Counted from the stretch's first letter, positions 27,291 to 42,607 are shown. The stretch: 64,000 nt of DNA from Octopus vulgaris (GCA_951406725.2 OX597833.1:1116001-1180000); one strand, 5' to 3'. A program made the numbers and translations. The notes: generated by a model from the sequence alone, not told the origin.

Positions 27291-28293
27291 TACTTTTATA
27301 TCTATATCTATATATATATACTTTTCTACTGGAGGCAAAAGGCCCCGAGCTTTTAGAGGAGAGGGCCAGACGATTAGATCGACGCTGAAACGATGAAAGG
27401 CAAAGTTAACCCCGGAGGAATTTTAACTCAGAACGTAAAGACAGAGGAAATACCTATTTCTTTACTAGCCACAAGGGGCTAAACACAGAGAGGACAAACA
27501 AGGACAGACAAACGGATTAAGTCGATTATATCGAACCCAGTGCGTAACTGGTACTTATTTAATCGACCCCGAAAGGATGAAAGGCAAAGTTGACACATAT
27601 ATATATATAGTATAACTACTGTTGATGTGTGCTCCTTGATCGTACAACTGCTGGTGCGGTTTGCCCCTTTAATTATTAACCTCATCAAGCTTATTCTCTT
27701 TGGGGATCGATGAAATAATACCAGCTGATCAGCGGGCTCGATGCAATCGACTAACCCCGCATCCGTCAAATATTACAGGCCTCCTACACATAGTCGAGAG
27801 GTTTATTGTCCATGTCTAAGGCGTCGAAATGGAAGAGTCGTTAACGAGTCCCATAAAATATCTACTAGCGTTTCTTTTGGCTCTTTATATTCTGGGTTCA
27901 AATTCCGCCGCGGTCCACTTTGCCTTCGAGGATTTTGATGTCGATAATCTAAGTACCATTTGAACAGGAGGGTCGGAGTAATCCACTTCTCCCGTTTCTC
28001 AAATTTACTGTCCTTTTGCCAAAAATTAGAAAAAAAAGATATTATCCACGTATTTGTAATTATTTTCCTTGAAGCCTTGACAAAAACTTAAGAACTTAAA
28101 AGTCTGTGTGCATTGTTGGCGAAGGCGTGGCTTTCTGGTACCTTATGGTTCGGCGTTCAGTCTCTCTGCGTGGAACCTTATGCGCCCAAAGACTTCTGAG
28201 AGGATTTGGTAGATGGAGAGTGAAATGGATTCGTCGTACACACACACACACACATACACACATACAGACACATACACACACACACACAAACAA

Positions 28294-28332
<39 letters not shown>

Positions 28333-28423
28333 CATATATATATACATATATACAGATATATATATATACATATATACAGATATATATATACATACATATA
28401 TACATATATATATACATGTACAT

Positions 28424-28482
<59 letters not shown>

Positions 28483-29243
28483 TATGTGGGTATGTGTTTG
28501 TCCCCTATCACCACTTGAAACCGGTGTTGGTGTGTTTGCTTCCCCGTAAATTTGCAGTTTGGCAAAGTTTACCCATGAAGGAGTACTAAGCTTCGCATAA
28601 AACTATAAGATGGAGACGATGCTTTCCACTAAAATTCTTGAATGTGAGATCAAGTCAATTACCTCACCTGATGCTTATTTTATCGAACACCTAAGGGGCG
28701 GGCGAAAGGCTAAGTCGACCTCAGCGGATTTCGAACTCGAAATATAAAGACGGATGAAATGCCGCTAAGCATCTTATCCGGCGTATAAACGGTTCTACCA
28801 TTTAGCTGCCTTGATACCAAGTAACGTCATTGAAAGGAATCGATCACACTGTCAAAATGGTCACTGGAATCGAAGCTAATTCGAAGACGCACAACAAACA
28901 TGCTGAGTGACTGATGTGACTGATGTGTCAAGATGAATATAAGAAACGGCACGGGACTGATGATAGATGGATTGGCCACAAGGTAAAGAATTGAAACGAA
29001 CGGATAAATGGTGTCTATAAGAATCGGCGACGATATCTAATTATGTCTAAGTGTATAGATCTTAGAATTCTTCGGGACTTCGTTATCCATTGAGAGCCAT
29101 AAAAACAGAGAACACGGATGTTTGATTTCGGTGAAATGAATTAAAATGGAAGAAGAAAAAAAAAAGAGAAAAGAAAGGGAAAGAATTACTATTCCGAAAC
29201 CTAACAGCCATTATCTGTGTAATCGTGTAGCAGGAATCAATAC

Positions 29244-29323
<80 letters not shown>

Positions 29324-29388
29324 CAGATGTTCATCTACATGGAAATAATAATAATAATAATAATAACAACAACAACAACAACAACAAC

Positions 29389-29432
<44 letters not shown>

Positions 29433-29516
29433 TAATAATGATAATAATAATAATAATAATAATATTAATAATAATAATAATAATAATAATAATGATGATA
29501 CTACTACTACTACTAC

Positions 29517-29582
<66 letters not shown>

Positions 29583-29609
29583 TGATACTACTACTACTAC
29601 TACTACTAC

Positions 29610-29678
<69 letters not shown>

Positions 29679-29697
29679 CAATAATAATAATAACAAT
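29244..29697. repeat. (TAG)n/(AAT)n/(TAC)n compound repeat
   Basis: Direct reading. Confidence 0.95.
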
Positions 29698-30226
29698 GAG
29701 GAGATTATGAGAGATCTCCGGCCACAAAGCCGTATGGCATCAAACGTTTTCAAGAATGAGAAAATATTCATTAAAACCACAGAAATTGCCGAAGTTATAT
29801 CTTCAAATTGATAGAATTCCTGTTATTGTCAAAGACTGATTAGAGAGGCTGCAAAGTAAAAGAGATGAAGCACTAAGACAGCAATCAGATTTTAAGAAGT
29901 CCTCAACTGGTTGGTTAGGAATACTAGGTTTCTAATCAAAGCAGACGTAACACCAATACTGTATGTCCTCTAGACAAAGTCTGTAAAAGAACACGGTAGA
30001 CAAATGCCAAGCTAAATTATCGAACCAGATGAACTCTAAACAGAAGCAGGAGATTTATTAAAGGAATGTCTAATCAAAAAGGGAATAAAGACACAGAACA
30101 GAAAGAGCTAAGAATCTGTTTTATTGGACAAGAGCAATAACAGCTGTTTCCGAAGAATTTTTTCGATCTACGGGGCTGAAGGTTAATTCATCCAAGGGAT
30201 ATGGCACTTCATCAGTTTTATACAAG

Positions 30227-30584
30227 ACTAGCACTATGACCACGACAACGCCGGGTCATAGTGCTAGTGCATGCATATACAGCTGCGTGCATGCGCACAT
30301 ACACACGAGTACTGTGCAAATCTACGACCAATCACATACAGCTAGCTGGCATTCAATTGGCGTATCAAGTTTCGGGCATTTTGATTGGGTTTTGGATAGA
30401 AAATTCACAAAAAAGGCACTTCTATTGATTTGCGGGGTGATTGGGGAAATGTAAAGATGTGCACGACCACCCTTCGACGGTTTTGAATGACCATAGAAAG
30501 TGCGAGCCCTCTAACTGAAAAATTGTGGATTTGTATAAAGGACATGCACACACACATACATTTTGCCGTTTATATATAGAGAGA
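30227..30584 (-). mobile_element. Non-autonomous Helitron-like element
   Basis: 5' TCTCTATATATAAACGGCA shared with 4922-5302; ends in CTAG with a 15-bp inverted repeat at 30227-30268. Confidence 0.6.
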
Positions 30585-31042
30585 TCTAGTATATATTCGT
30601 GGAGTATTGCATAAAATAACTTGTTCTATTTCTTGCGCCACCCTGCTCCCTAATATCGAAAACTGTCGAGGTCAGCCACGTTATGATTAATTTAGAGGCA
30701 ATAAATGAATCGGTTTCTAGTTTTGGCGCAAGGTCAGTGATTTCGTGAGGGAGGGCCATATCCATTGGATTCCCCCTAGTGTTAATCAACTACTTTATTA
30801 AATCGACTGCCAGAAGGGCATGAAAGACAAAGTCGACCTCGGTGGCATTTGAACTCAGATCATGAAGATGGAAATGGCACTAAGCATTTCCCTGGTGTGT
30901 TGGCCATTCTAACAGTTAACCACCTTAGTAATAATGATAACAATAACAGGAGGGATCTTGGCATCCAAGGTTACTTCTTATAGCCCGATGTTCAGATTTT
31001 TTCTTTACCAACTGTCTAATCTGTTGTCTGCATATCTGAAAA

Positions 31043-32090
<1,048 letters not shown>

Positions 32091-32103
32091 TAATAATAAT
32101 AAT

Positions 32104-32551
32104 AATGCCGATACACACAGATAGAGAAATTAAGGCCAACAGGCCAGATATAGTTGTCAGAGATCATGAAGAAGAAAATGCTTTCTAATTGATGTATCAA
32201 TACCGGCAGATGACAACGTGTCTCTAAAAGAAATGGAGAAACTCTCAAAATACAAAGACCTGGAAATAGAGGTAACTAGAATGTGGAACCTGAAAACAGA
32301 AACAATTCCTATCATAGTAGGTGCATTAGGCATGATAAAAAAATATTCAGACAAATACATAACAAAAACACCAGGACTTACAAACACATATAACATACAG
32401 AAAATTGCACTACTAGGCACTGCACACATCCTACGCAGAACACTTTCCATACAATAACCATCAGAGCATCACAACAAATCACAGCACATACCCAAGGCAC
32501 ACAGAGCTGCGCTCGGTAGTGAAGTGAAAGCACGCTATAAAAATAAAACTA

Positions 32552-32555
<4 letters not shown>
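32104..32555 (+). mobile_element. R4/Dong-type (restriction-like endonuclease) LINE 3' end
   Basis: TDREIKANRPDIVV...IDVSIP...EKLSKYKDL...IPIIVGALG...QKIALLGTAHILRRTL*, 3' UTR, (TAA)n tail. Confidence 0.9.
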
Positions 32556-32623
<68 letters not shown>

Positions 32624-33699
32624 CCTTTCTACTATAGGCACAACGCGTGACATTTTTGGGTAGGAGACCAGTGACTTTTGGCTTATTTCCGTCTACGGGA
32701 TCCAGCTCAGCAGTTATTGATCGACCCGCTGTTAATAAAACAAATGCTATGGTCGCGGTTAGGAGATCGATCTCAGAACTATAGATTCACAGAACGTACT
32801 CTTAATCACACAACCATAAGTAGAACATGGAGAAAAAAATTCTTCATAATAATTAAGATTTTCTGCAAATGTCATAACGCATTTCAACGAACACATTTTC
32901 AAAAGAAAACATGTATGCGTGTGTTCATACATATGTATGTGTGTGTGTGTGAGTGTGTGGGTGTGTGTGTGTGCTATATACATATATATATTTATTTATA
33001 TATATATGTATATATGTATGTGTGTATATATAAATATGTGTGTGTTTGTGCATATATGTGTATATGCATGCATGTAAGTATGTATGTATGTATGTATGTA
33101 AGTACGTACCTATGTATGGATGAATGAAGTGCGCGGCTTGACGAGAGTTTTACTTTTTACTTCAAAATGGTAATATTCCTGTTATTATCAAAGAATATTT
33201 AGAAAGGCCAAAAAATTAGAAAAATAAAGCTAAAATACAAAATTCATTGACACAAAAAAACACAACTCATAAATGCCATTGAGTCGGATAATTCAAAATA
33301 ATGATTTCCTATAAAGCTGGTTATTCATAAACATCAGATAACGGCCACTTCAAAAGCAAACTAACTTAAGAAGTGAATAAATTTTGTTAAAACCGAACTA
33401 TACAAAGGAGTTTGTAGTTTAACATATCGTGTCTAAAAATGTGTATAGAACAATTGAGAAATAAAGAACAGATATGGTAGAACTGTAAACATAATTTTAT
33501 ATCAAACCGCCTGGGTATATTCAAGCTTACATATAATGATTTAGCTCACACAGTTTAGTACAAACAGTTTACAGAAATTTTTGACAAACAACAAAGTTCC
33601 ACTGTTATACATGATATGTTATTATATTCCTTCTTTGCAACCACACACACACATGTACACATATAGATATACAGATACGTATATATACATATATAGCAG

Positions 33700-34065
33700 T
33701 GAAAGCTACACCGGTGCCAGATCGGGTAGACATTGCATAGTGCAAAAGATCCCAGCAATATCATCGCGCTTTAGGACCAGTTGCTGCAACAGCCTGGATT
33801 TCAGGCACCCACAGCTTTTTAATATTCTCCCAAAGAGCCTGAGGGACCTACACAAAGTGGATGTAAGTGTTTTCAAATCAAAACTGGACCTCTTCCTGTC
33901 GAGAGTCCCAGATGAACTTACCTCACGGCAGGAGATGCAAATGAGAGTAGTGATATCAAACTCCCTTATTCACCAAATTCCACATATTAGAGGAGACTCT
34001 CAATAATAACAGTGTAGCAAAACGGCGGTGCCCCAGCATGCCCGCAGCTCTGAGCTGAAACTACC
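33700..34065 (+). mobile_element. CR1-group LINE 3' end
   Basis: GRHC...QLFNILPKSLRDL...FKSKLDLFLSRVPDE...SNSLIHQ; 3' UTR GGCGGTGCCCCAGCATG. Confidence 0.85.
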
Positions 34066-34215
34066 AAAAACAATATACGTATATAAATAATATAATATAA
34101 TTAAAATTCGTTTGAATTAGGGACTTAAATTGAGGCATCTTGCCAGTTCGGTATAGTCCGCACAGCTCCAAGCTAGGTGAACAAAATGTAGATAAGTAAC
34201 AAGGTTGTTCGGCTG

Positions 34216-34477
34216 TCAATACATTACGGCCGTTTCAAGTGGCTCCATTTAATTGATCAATGAAAATATTACATCAAATTGAAAGAAACCGCTCTCTTCA
34301 AATGCAGACGACCATATAGATACCAAACTTATTTGAAACATATGCCTTATTTTCTAAACTTATTCTGTCACAGATATAAATTTAGGAAACAATGTAATCA
34401 TTTTGGCTTTTAGTATTGTTGTAATGTTTTCATTGATCAAGTGAATGGAGCCGCTTGAAACGGCCGTAAAGTATTGA
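34216..34477. mobile_element. MITE-like element with ~58-bp imperfect terminal inverted repeats
   Basis: tcaatacattacggccgtttcaagtggctcc... / ...ggagccgcttgaaacggccgtaaagtattga. Confidence 0.7.
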
Positions 34478-34640
34478 TGCCTGTAAATTATTGTTGCTTA
34501 CTCATTTACTCTTTTACTTGTTTCAGTCATTTGACTGCGGCCATGCTGGAGCGCAACGTTTAGTCGAAGAAATCCACCCCAGGACGTATTCTTTGTAAGT
34601 CTCGTACTTATTATATCGGACACTTTTGCCGAACCGCTAA

Positions 34641-34976
34641 ACCAGTGCGTAACTGGTACTTGATATATCGACCCCGAAAGGCTAAAAGGCAAAGTCGACC
34701 TCGGCGGAATTTGAACTCAGAACGTAACGGCAGACGAAATACCTATTTCTTTATTACCCACAAGGGGCTAAACACAGAGAGGACAAACAAGGACAGACAG
34801 AGGTATTAAGTCGATTACATCGACCCCAGTGCGTAACGGGTACTTAATTTATCGACCCCGAAAGGATGAAAGGCAAAGTCGACCTCGGCGGAATTTGAAC
34901 TCTGGACGTAACGGCAGACGAAATACCGCAAAGCATTTCGCCTGGTGTGCTAACGTTTCTGCCAGCTCGCCGCCTT
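34641..34976 (-). mobile_element. SINE family 2 dimer
   Basis: Head plus unit, joined to a second partial unit through gaaatacctatttc at about 34736-34749. Confidence 0.85.
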
Positions 34977-35764
34977 AATTTCTGGGAAATATTTTTCTGA
35001 CAAGCAATAGTGTCTGTGTGCATGCGTGCGTGAGTGCTTGAGCGTGTGTGTGTGTGTATTAAGATGGAGGTCAATGGTGTCTTTCAATTTTCAACGCTTT
35101 CGTTTCCATATTCATTTTATCTTACAATGGAGATTGCCAAACAATAAATATCTTATGAAGTATATAAACACCAGGAGAAGAACAGTGCTAATTGCTAATA
35201 AATTTAGTTGATGTCTTTCTTCATATTTGTGTATGAGAGTTATTTAAATTTTTCTTTTCTCACAAGAATAAAATTTGATGATGTCTGCTCTCATAATTTT
35301 ACATGACAGTTTCAAAATCATGATCAATAGTATTGTAAGACTATTTCTAACGTTCTCGGATGATCGTGTTTTTGTATTTCTAATGAGAAACAAGAATTTT
35401 GGAATTATTCAAAACAAAAGCCAGTGAGTATAGAGTTCTCATTTGCATAAAAAATAACAATAAAAATAATAAATACAATTATGAGTAAATATAAACACTT
35501 TTATGAATATGTATGCTTTTATTCTTTTATATCTTTCAGTTTTGAGGCTGCGGACATGGTGGTGTTGGTGGGGTATACAAACATGTGGCTCAGGAGGGGC
35601 TGTGTGGTAAGAAGCTAGCTTCCCAACAACATGGTTCCGGGTTCAGTCCCACTGCGTGGCATCTTGGACAAGTGTGTTCTACTATAGCCTTGGGGCAACC
35701 AAAGCTTGTGAGTGGATTTGGTAGACGGAAACTGAAAGAAGCCCGTCATATATATATATATATT

Positions 35765-35796
<32 letters not shown>

Positions 35797-35847
35797 CATA
35801 CATACATACATACATACATGTATACATATGTATATATGTATATATGT

Positions 35848-35938
<91 letters not shown>

Positions 35939-36179
35939 CCCCGTAAGATGTAAAGATAATCCGTAAGGGTAAAATTATACATATAAAAGTAAATAAATGG
36001 TACAACGAAGTACCGATATTTACTGGAAAATAGCGATCGTAATAAATACGACGCTATTGTATAGCTTCATTGCGCATATATATACTTGCAAAGACTATGT
36101 GTGTGTGCAACAAACATGAACAAATTTTGTCTTACCTCTAGGAAGAACATCTGAAAAATGAAAAACCTAGAAAGGGATA

Positions 36180-36251
36180 ATGCAGGACCGGTTTCAGACT
36201 CTCCAAAATACGTTTGCCAACGTATATTTGATTTGTCCTCATCAGCTGCAT
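36180..36251 (-). ncRNA. Type I hammerhead ribozyme, ACCGGT family
   Basis: atgcag CTGATGA ggac...gtct GAAA ccg GTC ctgcat on the minus strand. Confidence 0.85.
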
Positions 36252-36428
36252 AAACCTCGACGACATTTCAAATGTTGCCACATTATGCCAGTACACTCGT
36301 CTGAATCAGCACGCCAAAACGTTAACAGAACGAGAAACTTCTTCACTGTTCTCGTTCTGTTAACGTTTTGGCATTCATACGAGTGTACTGGCATAGATGT
36401 GGCAACATTTGAAATTTTGTCTAGGTAT

Positions 36429-36499
36429 ATGCAGCTGATGAGGACAAATCAAATCTACGTTGTCAAACGTATTTGAAGAGTCTGAAACCGGTCCTGCAT
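36429..36499 (+). ncRNA. Type I hammerhead ribozyme, ACCGGT family
   Basis: 6-bp stem I atgcag/ctgcat, CUGAUGA, extended stem II, GAAA, palindromic stem III, GUC cleavage triplet ending at 36493. Confidence 0.88.
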
Positions 36500-36778
36500 T
36501 ATCCGTTTCTAGGTTTTTCATTTTTCAGATGTTCTTCCTAGAGGTAAGACAAATTTTTTTCGTGTTTGTTGCACACACACACGTCTTTGCTAGTATATAC
36601 GCAGTGAAGCTATACAATAGCGTCGTATTTATTACGATCGCTATTTTCCAGTAAATATCGGTACTTCGTTCTACCATTTATTTACTTTTATATATAAATA
36701 TATGTGTATATATATATATATATATGTGTGTGTATATATACATATATATATATGTATGTATATGTGTGTGTATATATA

Positions 36779-36865
<87 letters not shown>

Positions 36866-37524
36866 GTATGTATATGCATGTATACACACACATATATGGT
36901 TATGTTTTTGCATGCATGCATGCATACACAAAATGAGAGAGCAGTTTGTTGAAACAAATGCTATAAACAGAATTGAAAACAAGTGTATATACTTTTTTAT
37001 TCTGTTTTTTTTCTTTCTTTTTTATTTATCGGCAGAAATTTCCCCGATTGGTTAAACGACGGAGAATTCCGTGGATGACTCTTAACAAACACTCACCACG
37101 GTCATTCATGAAGCCGTCGACTTTTCAATGACATTTTAAACTTTCTCCAGCATAGAATTATCGATATATACGCGTGCGCCCTTGCATGCGCGCTGCTCGT
37201 GTTTGTGTATGTATACATACAAGTGTATATGCACTCGCGTACGCATACACGTGTGCAGGGACACACACACAACCATTCAGATAAAATGCCGTATAGGTGG
37301 GATTTCATAGATCATTATTCGTGTTCTCAATCACTTTAGTCATTCTTAATCATAAACTTTAGACACACATGGTGGAATATGTAGGTTTCTTTTATTCATT
37401 TCAGTCATTTGATTGCGGCCATACTAGAGCACCGCCTGTTAAAGGAAGTAATCAATCCCGCGGTTTCAAGCGATGATGGGAGGACAAACACAGACTCACA
37501 AACACACACACACACTCACACACA

Positions 37525-37579
<55 letters not shown>

Positions 37580-38269
37580 CAAAAGAAAAACATTTATCAA
37601 AAGAAAAACAGGATGCAAAGGATTTATCGGTACATATGTTTCTGGCTTTATTGGACAATTTATATCAATGCATAATTGATGTAACATGTATGTCAATATC
37701 CTTCTTTAGCCGCGCACAATTACCACACCAAAGACATGTATTACAGGTGCTTACAGTTATCAAGTATTCACCCTGAATTTTTTGTATATATCAGGAGTCC
37801 CAGATGAACCTACCTCACGGCAAGAGGTGCAAATGAGAGTAGCTGTATCAAACTCCATTCTTCACCAAGTGCCACATATTAGACGAGGTTCGTCGTAATA
37901 ACAGTGTAGCACAAAACGGCGGTGCATCAGCATGGCCGCAGCTCTGAGCTGGAACTAGAAAAAAATATATATATATATATAGCTTCCGTCTACCAATACC
38001 ATTCACAAGGCTTTGGTCGGCCCAAGGCTATAGAAGACGCTTGCCCAAGATGCTACGCAGTGGGACTGAACCCTGAACCATGCGGTTGGTAAGCAAGCTA
38101 CTCCTACCACACAGCTACTCCTGCGCCTATACTCAAGTTTAATTTGAATGCGCTATGTATGACGCATTATTTAGATAATAACTACTGTTGAAAACAGCTG
38201 CATCAGAAAACAGATTTCAGCTGCATGAATATATTTTCTTTGAAATATTAACAAATTTGATTTTATACG

Positions 38270-38690
38270 CGCGGGAGTGGCTGTGTGGTAAGTAGCTTGC
38301 TAACCAATCACAATGGTTCCGGGTTCAGTCCCACTGCGTGGCATCTTGGGCAAGTGTCTTCTACTATAGCCTCGGGCCGACCAAAGCCTTGTGAGTGGAT
38401 TTGGTAGACGGAAACTGAAAGAAGCCTGTCGTATATATGTATATATATATATATATGTGTGTGTATATGTGTGTGTGTGTATTTGTGTGTCTGTGTTTGT
38501 CCCCCAGCATTGCTTGACAACCGATGCTGGTGTGTTTACGTCCCCGTCACTTAGCGGTTCTGCAAAAGAGACTGATAGAATAAGTACTGGGCTTACAAAG
38601 AATAAGTCCCGGAGTCGATTTGCTCGACTAAAGGCGGTGCTCCAGCATGGCCGCAGTCAAATGACTGAAACAAGTAAAAGAGTAAAGAGT
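38270..38690 (+). mobile_element. SINE family 1, full length
   Basis: A/B boxes, body and tail as in other copies. Confidence 0.9.
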
Positions 38691-40154
38691 ATAGGCTTGG
38701 AATGTTTGCGAATATCTGACTGAATCTTGTTAAGTCACAAATGCTGACCATTGCATATCTATAAGGGATGATTTACAATCTTGAGACAAAATCCTTGCGT
38801 CTTATGTAAATACCTCCTCTCTACTTCTCACCTTCTCTCTATCTTCTTTGTAGCTCTGCTTCTCTGTAGCTCTCTCTCTCTCTCTCTCACGACTCCTCTT
38901 GACTATTCTTTTCCGCCCTTCTCTAATATCGTAAAACAGACCTGCTAGATCAGTCAGTATTCAGGCACAAATCCCACGGAAGGGCACTGAACTCTCGAAT
39001 AAAATGATGACCTTCAGTTGCCAACTGAGGAGGAGAAACACACTGAAACAGTGTCAATGACATAACGTGAATTTACGAGAATAATTTGACTTGAAATTCA
39101 GTTTATAAAATGCACCCAAGCAACTTTGAACAGAGAAAGTCGTTAATAAAAGCCATTAATATCATGTTAGATAAAACAAGTGAGATAAGAGATTCATACG
39201 AAATAGATTGTTAGAAATACTTTGGAAATATTGACGTAGATTGAGTACAACATTAAAAGGAAAGACACGGTTAAGAGGATTTAAGTAGAGACGCATTAGG
39301 TTAAATCGGAGAAATCTAGCTAAATGCCAAAATAAGGTTATCAGAAAATAAACAAAGATCTCTCACATTTGGTAATACTTAATAATTATTTATTAGAGAA
39401 AGCGGTAAGATGGAAGAATAGTTACTGCGCCGGATTAAATAATTGGCAGCATTTTCCATGTCTTTTTGTTCCAAGTTCAAATTCCAACGAGGTCAACTTT
39501 TCCTTTTCCCCCTTCGGGGTGGAAATAAAAATACCAGTCTAGCACTAAGGTCGATCAAATAGACTATCCCACTCTTCCACAATTTCAGTCCTTTTACCAA
39601 TATCAGAAAGGATATTAGAGGAGGTAGCGAACTGAAAGAATTATTAGTACTTCAGAGAAAATACTTAGAAGCGTCTATTCTTCTTTTTGAATTCAAATGC
39701 CACCGAAGTCAACGTTACTTCTCATCATTTCGGGTTAATAAAATAGCTACCTGTTGAGAACACGGGTCGATTTATTCGAGTACACCCTCTCCCAAAAGTT
39801 CAGGCCTTGTGCCTATATTAAAAAAGGAATTATTATGAGTATATTAAAGAAGTGGCAGACTTAGCTGTGTAAGAGGTTTCATTTCCAACCATTTGGTCTT
39901 CAATTGTGCGTTTTCCTTGATTAACGATCCAAAACTGGAAGCAGAATTAACCTCATAGCTTTGAAAAGAAGGGGCCATAACACTACACTTGCTTATTTCC
40001 TAGCATTTTCCAAATATATATTATCCACTCGCAATTTAAACGCCAAATGCCAATTATACACGGGCATTATTAATGGGAACCTCAAAACCATTTTCAGATA
40101 AGGCTATATCAATCTTGCATCTTTGAATAGAAACAAAGCACACACGATACTCAC

Positions 40155-40157
40155 CAT
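40155..40157 (-). CDS. Candidate ATG-only first coding exon of the sGC beta gene
   Basis: ATG|gtgagt at the end of a unique, higher-GC stretch (about 40155-40320). Vertebrate GUCY1B1 has a first exon ending at the ATG. A rival candidate lies at 50696-50698. Confidence 0.35.
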
Positions 40158-40762
40158 CAACACTTCACTCAAGTAGAGACTTCAAGATCGCTGCAATTGT
40201 TGGGTCTCATTATCACCGAAGACCAGATCGCTCTCGGCGAAAGCAACATCCTTAACATAACAGGGATCGTACCCTCGCATTTAGTCCTTGCTCCAAAGGC
40301 CAGCATATGCTGACCGACACCTGTTTGTTTCTTTTTAATATTGTTGTTGATGTTGTTACAGTGAAAGTTTCCCGAACGACCGAATATTATGTCTGTGTTT
40401 TTTTTTTCCGAAAACGGAAATTTATTCTTATATAAGAATTGTATGTATTATGCCAAAGAAACTTTGGTGTTATTCTACTTTGAAATGACAGAATCTTTTT
40501 TATCTTTACGCTTTAGTAGGCGTTTTCTCTTTGACTCGATGCCATTACAAATAAATTCCAAAGAAAACAAAGTTCAAAATGTCAATAAAATGCTTGCTTC
40601 GTTTTATTTCATTCTTCTGTTTTCCTAACTCAGATAAATTGAAATTTGTCACACAGACAACTTTACATGATGCAATTATATAAAAATAATATACGAATTA
40701 CTGAAATGTGAGTGGTGGATGCAGTTACCAAAAGGCAAGCTACAGAATTCGAACTCATTGAA

Positions 40763-40847
<85 letters not shown>

Positions 40848-40850
<3 letters not shown>

Positions 40851-41539
40851 TAATGAAAAGAAATATAACAAGTAACTGCAGAATATGTGGAGATGGACAA
40901 GAAATAATAAATCATATTATCTCTAGCTGCCCAGTCCTGGCTAAGGAGGAATATATTCCCAGACATGACAGAGTTGGAACCTACATACATTGGAAGCTAT
41001 GCCAACATTATGGAATAACAACAGAAAAAAGATGGTATAAGCACACACCAGAAAAGGTCACAGAAAACGAGAAAGCAACCATACTCTGAGATATGCCGAT
41101 ACACACAGATAGAGAAATTAAGGCCAACAGACCAGATATAGTTGTCAGAGATCATGAAGAAAAAAATGCTTTCTAATTGATGTATCAATACCGGCAGATG
41201 ACAACGTGTCTCTAAAAGAAATGGAGAAACTTTCAAAATACAAAGACCTGGAAATAGAGGCAACCAGAATGTGGAATCTAAAAACAGAAACAATTCCTAT
41301 CATAGTAGGTGCATTAGGCATGATAGAAAAATATTCAGACAAATACATAACAAAAACACCAGGACTTACAAACACATATAACATACAGAAAATTGCACTA
41401 CTAGGCACTGCACACATCCAACGCAGAACACTTTACATACAATAACCATCAAAGCATCACAACAAATCACAGCACATACCCAAGGCACACAGAGCTGCGC
41501 TCAGTAGTGAAGTGAAAGCACGCTATAAAAATAAAACTA

Positions 41540-41543
<4 letters not shown>
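40848..41543 (+). mobile_element. R4/Dong-type LINE 3' end in (TAA)n
   Basis: CCHC knuckle CRICGDGQEIINHIISSC, RHD, RPD..D endonuclease motif, premature stop; near-identical to 32104-32555; (TAA)n both sides. Confidence 0.92.
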
Positions 41544-41596
<53 letters not shown>

Positions 41597-41607
41597 TAAT
41601 AATAATA

Positions 41608-41669
<62 letters not shown>

Positions 41670-41679
41670 AATAATAATA

Positions 41680-41998
41680 AATGCCTTGATGCAGTACCAG
41701 ACAGTGGCTCTCATGGCTTCTGATCTTAACTGATTGGAAGTGTTATCATGTAGATTGTTTTGTCTTGGTATAAAAGATGGGTTACAGGAAATATTCTGCT
41801 CAATACCACAGATTTGTTTGTCAGTTGCTTGACCATAACCAGTTGAGCATGTCCCTTAGTGGCTGACGATATGTGCATCTCTGATCACGAGCAGAAGTAG
41901 TAGGGGAGCATCATAGCCGTGTGTTGAGAGGAATTCCTTAGGGTTTGGATAATTCTCCTTTGGAAACACGGGTGTTTTGTTCAACATCCTTAAACAAC
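41680..41998 (+). mobile_element. Element 'X', 3'-truncated copy
   Basis: Matches 31521-31850. Confidence 0.7.
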
Positions 41999-42029
41999 AG
42001 TTGTGGCGGATAAGGTGAACCATATAAAC

Positions 42030-42410
42030 TATAGAGTTGATGTCGTGTGCCCCTTTGACTCACGAATATTCAAGAAAGGAAGGCGAAAAGAGAGATAGAT
42101 ACGACCCTTTTAAGTATGAAATATCTAGGCTAGGGAAAATGACGAATGTGAAGATAATACCAATTATTGTTAGGTCCTTGGGAACAATATCAGAAGGCAT
42201 CAAGAGGAATATAAAGGAAATTTGAATAGAGTGCCCAGTAGAACTGTTACAAAAGGTTTGCCCCTTTGGCACGGTCAGAATATTCAAGAGAGTATTAGAT
42301 AGCTGAAAAGGACGAATAGCATGGTACCAAGGGCTGCAGGTAGTAAGCCCGCTACACATGCAAGACTCCGGGAGCTCCTACAAGATCTGTGATAAAGAGG
42401 TGATAGGAAT
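42030..42410 (+). mobile_element. Older REL-LINE 3' fragment of a different family
   Basis: EKRDRYDPFKYEISRL...IIPIIVRSLGT...LQKVCPFGTVRIFKRVL. Confidence 0.65.
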
Positions 42411-42607
42411 AATAATAGTTATTTCTCTTATAAGCATAAGGAGGTGAAACTTTTTAGGGAAATGGGCCATTCGGGTACATCAACCACCGTGCTCCACTGA
42501 TGTATCGAAAGGACGAAAGGAAAAGTAGACATCGGCGGAATTTGAACTCGGAACGTGACGAGTCGGAAGAAATGGTGCTCTGCGTTTTGTACAACAACAA
42601 CAGCATC

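Larger units (their letters stand above)
35981..36692. mobile_element. ~710-bp fold-back element with two hammerheads (PLE-like inverted pLTRs)
   Basis: Arms of about 35981-36334 and 36348-36692 with scattered mismatches; (TA)n on both sides. Confidence 0.88.

Noticed and set aside
30135-30220. Minus-strand CTGATGA...GAAACAGCTGTT hammerhead
   Set aside because: Core and palindrome are present but stems I and II do not pair; at most a decayed copy.
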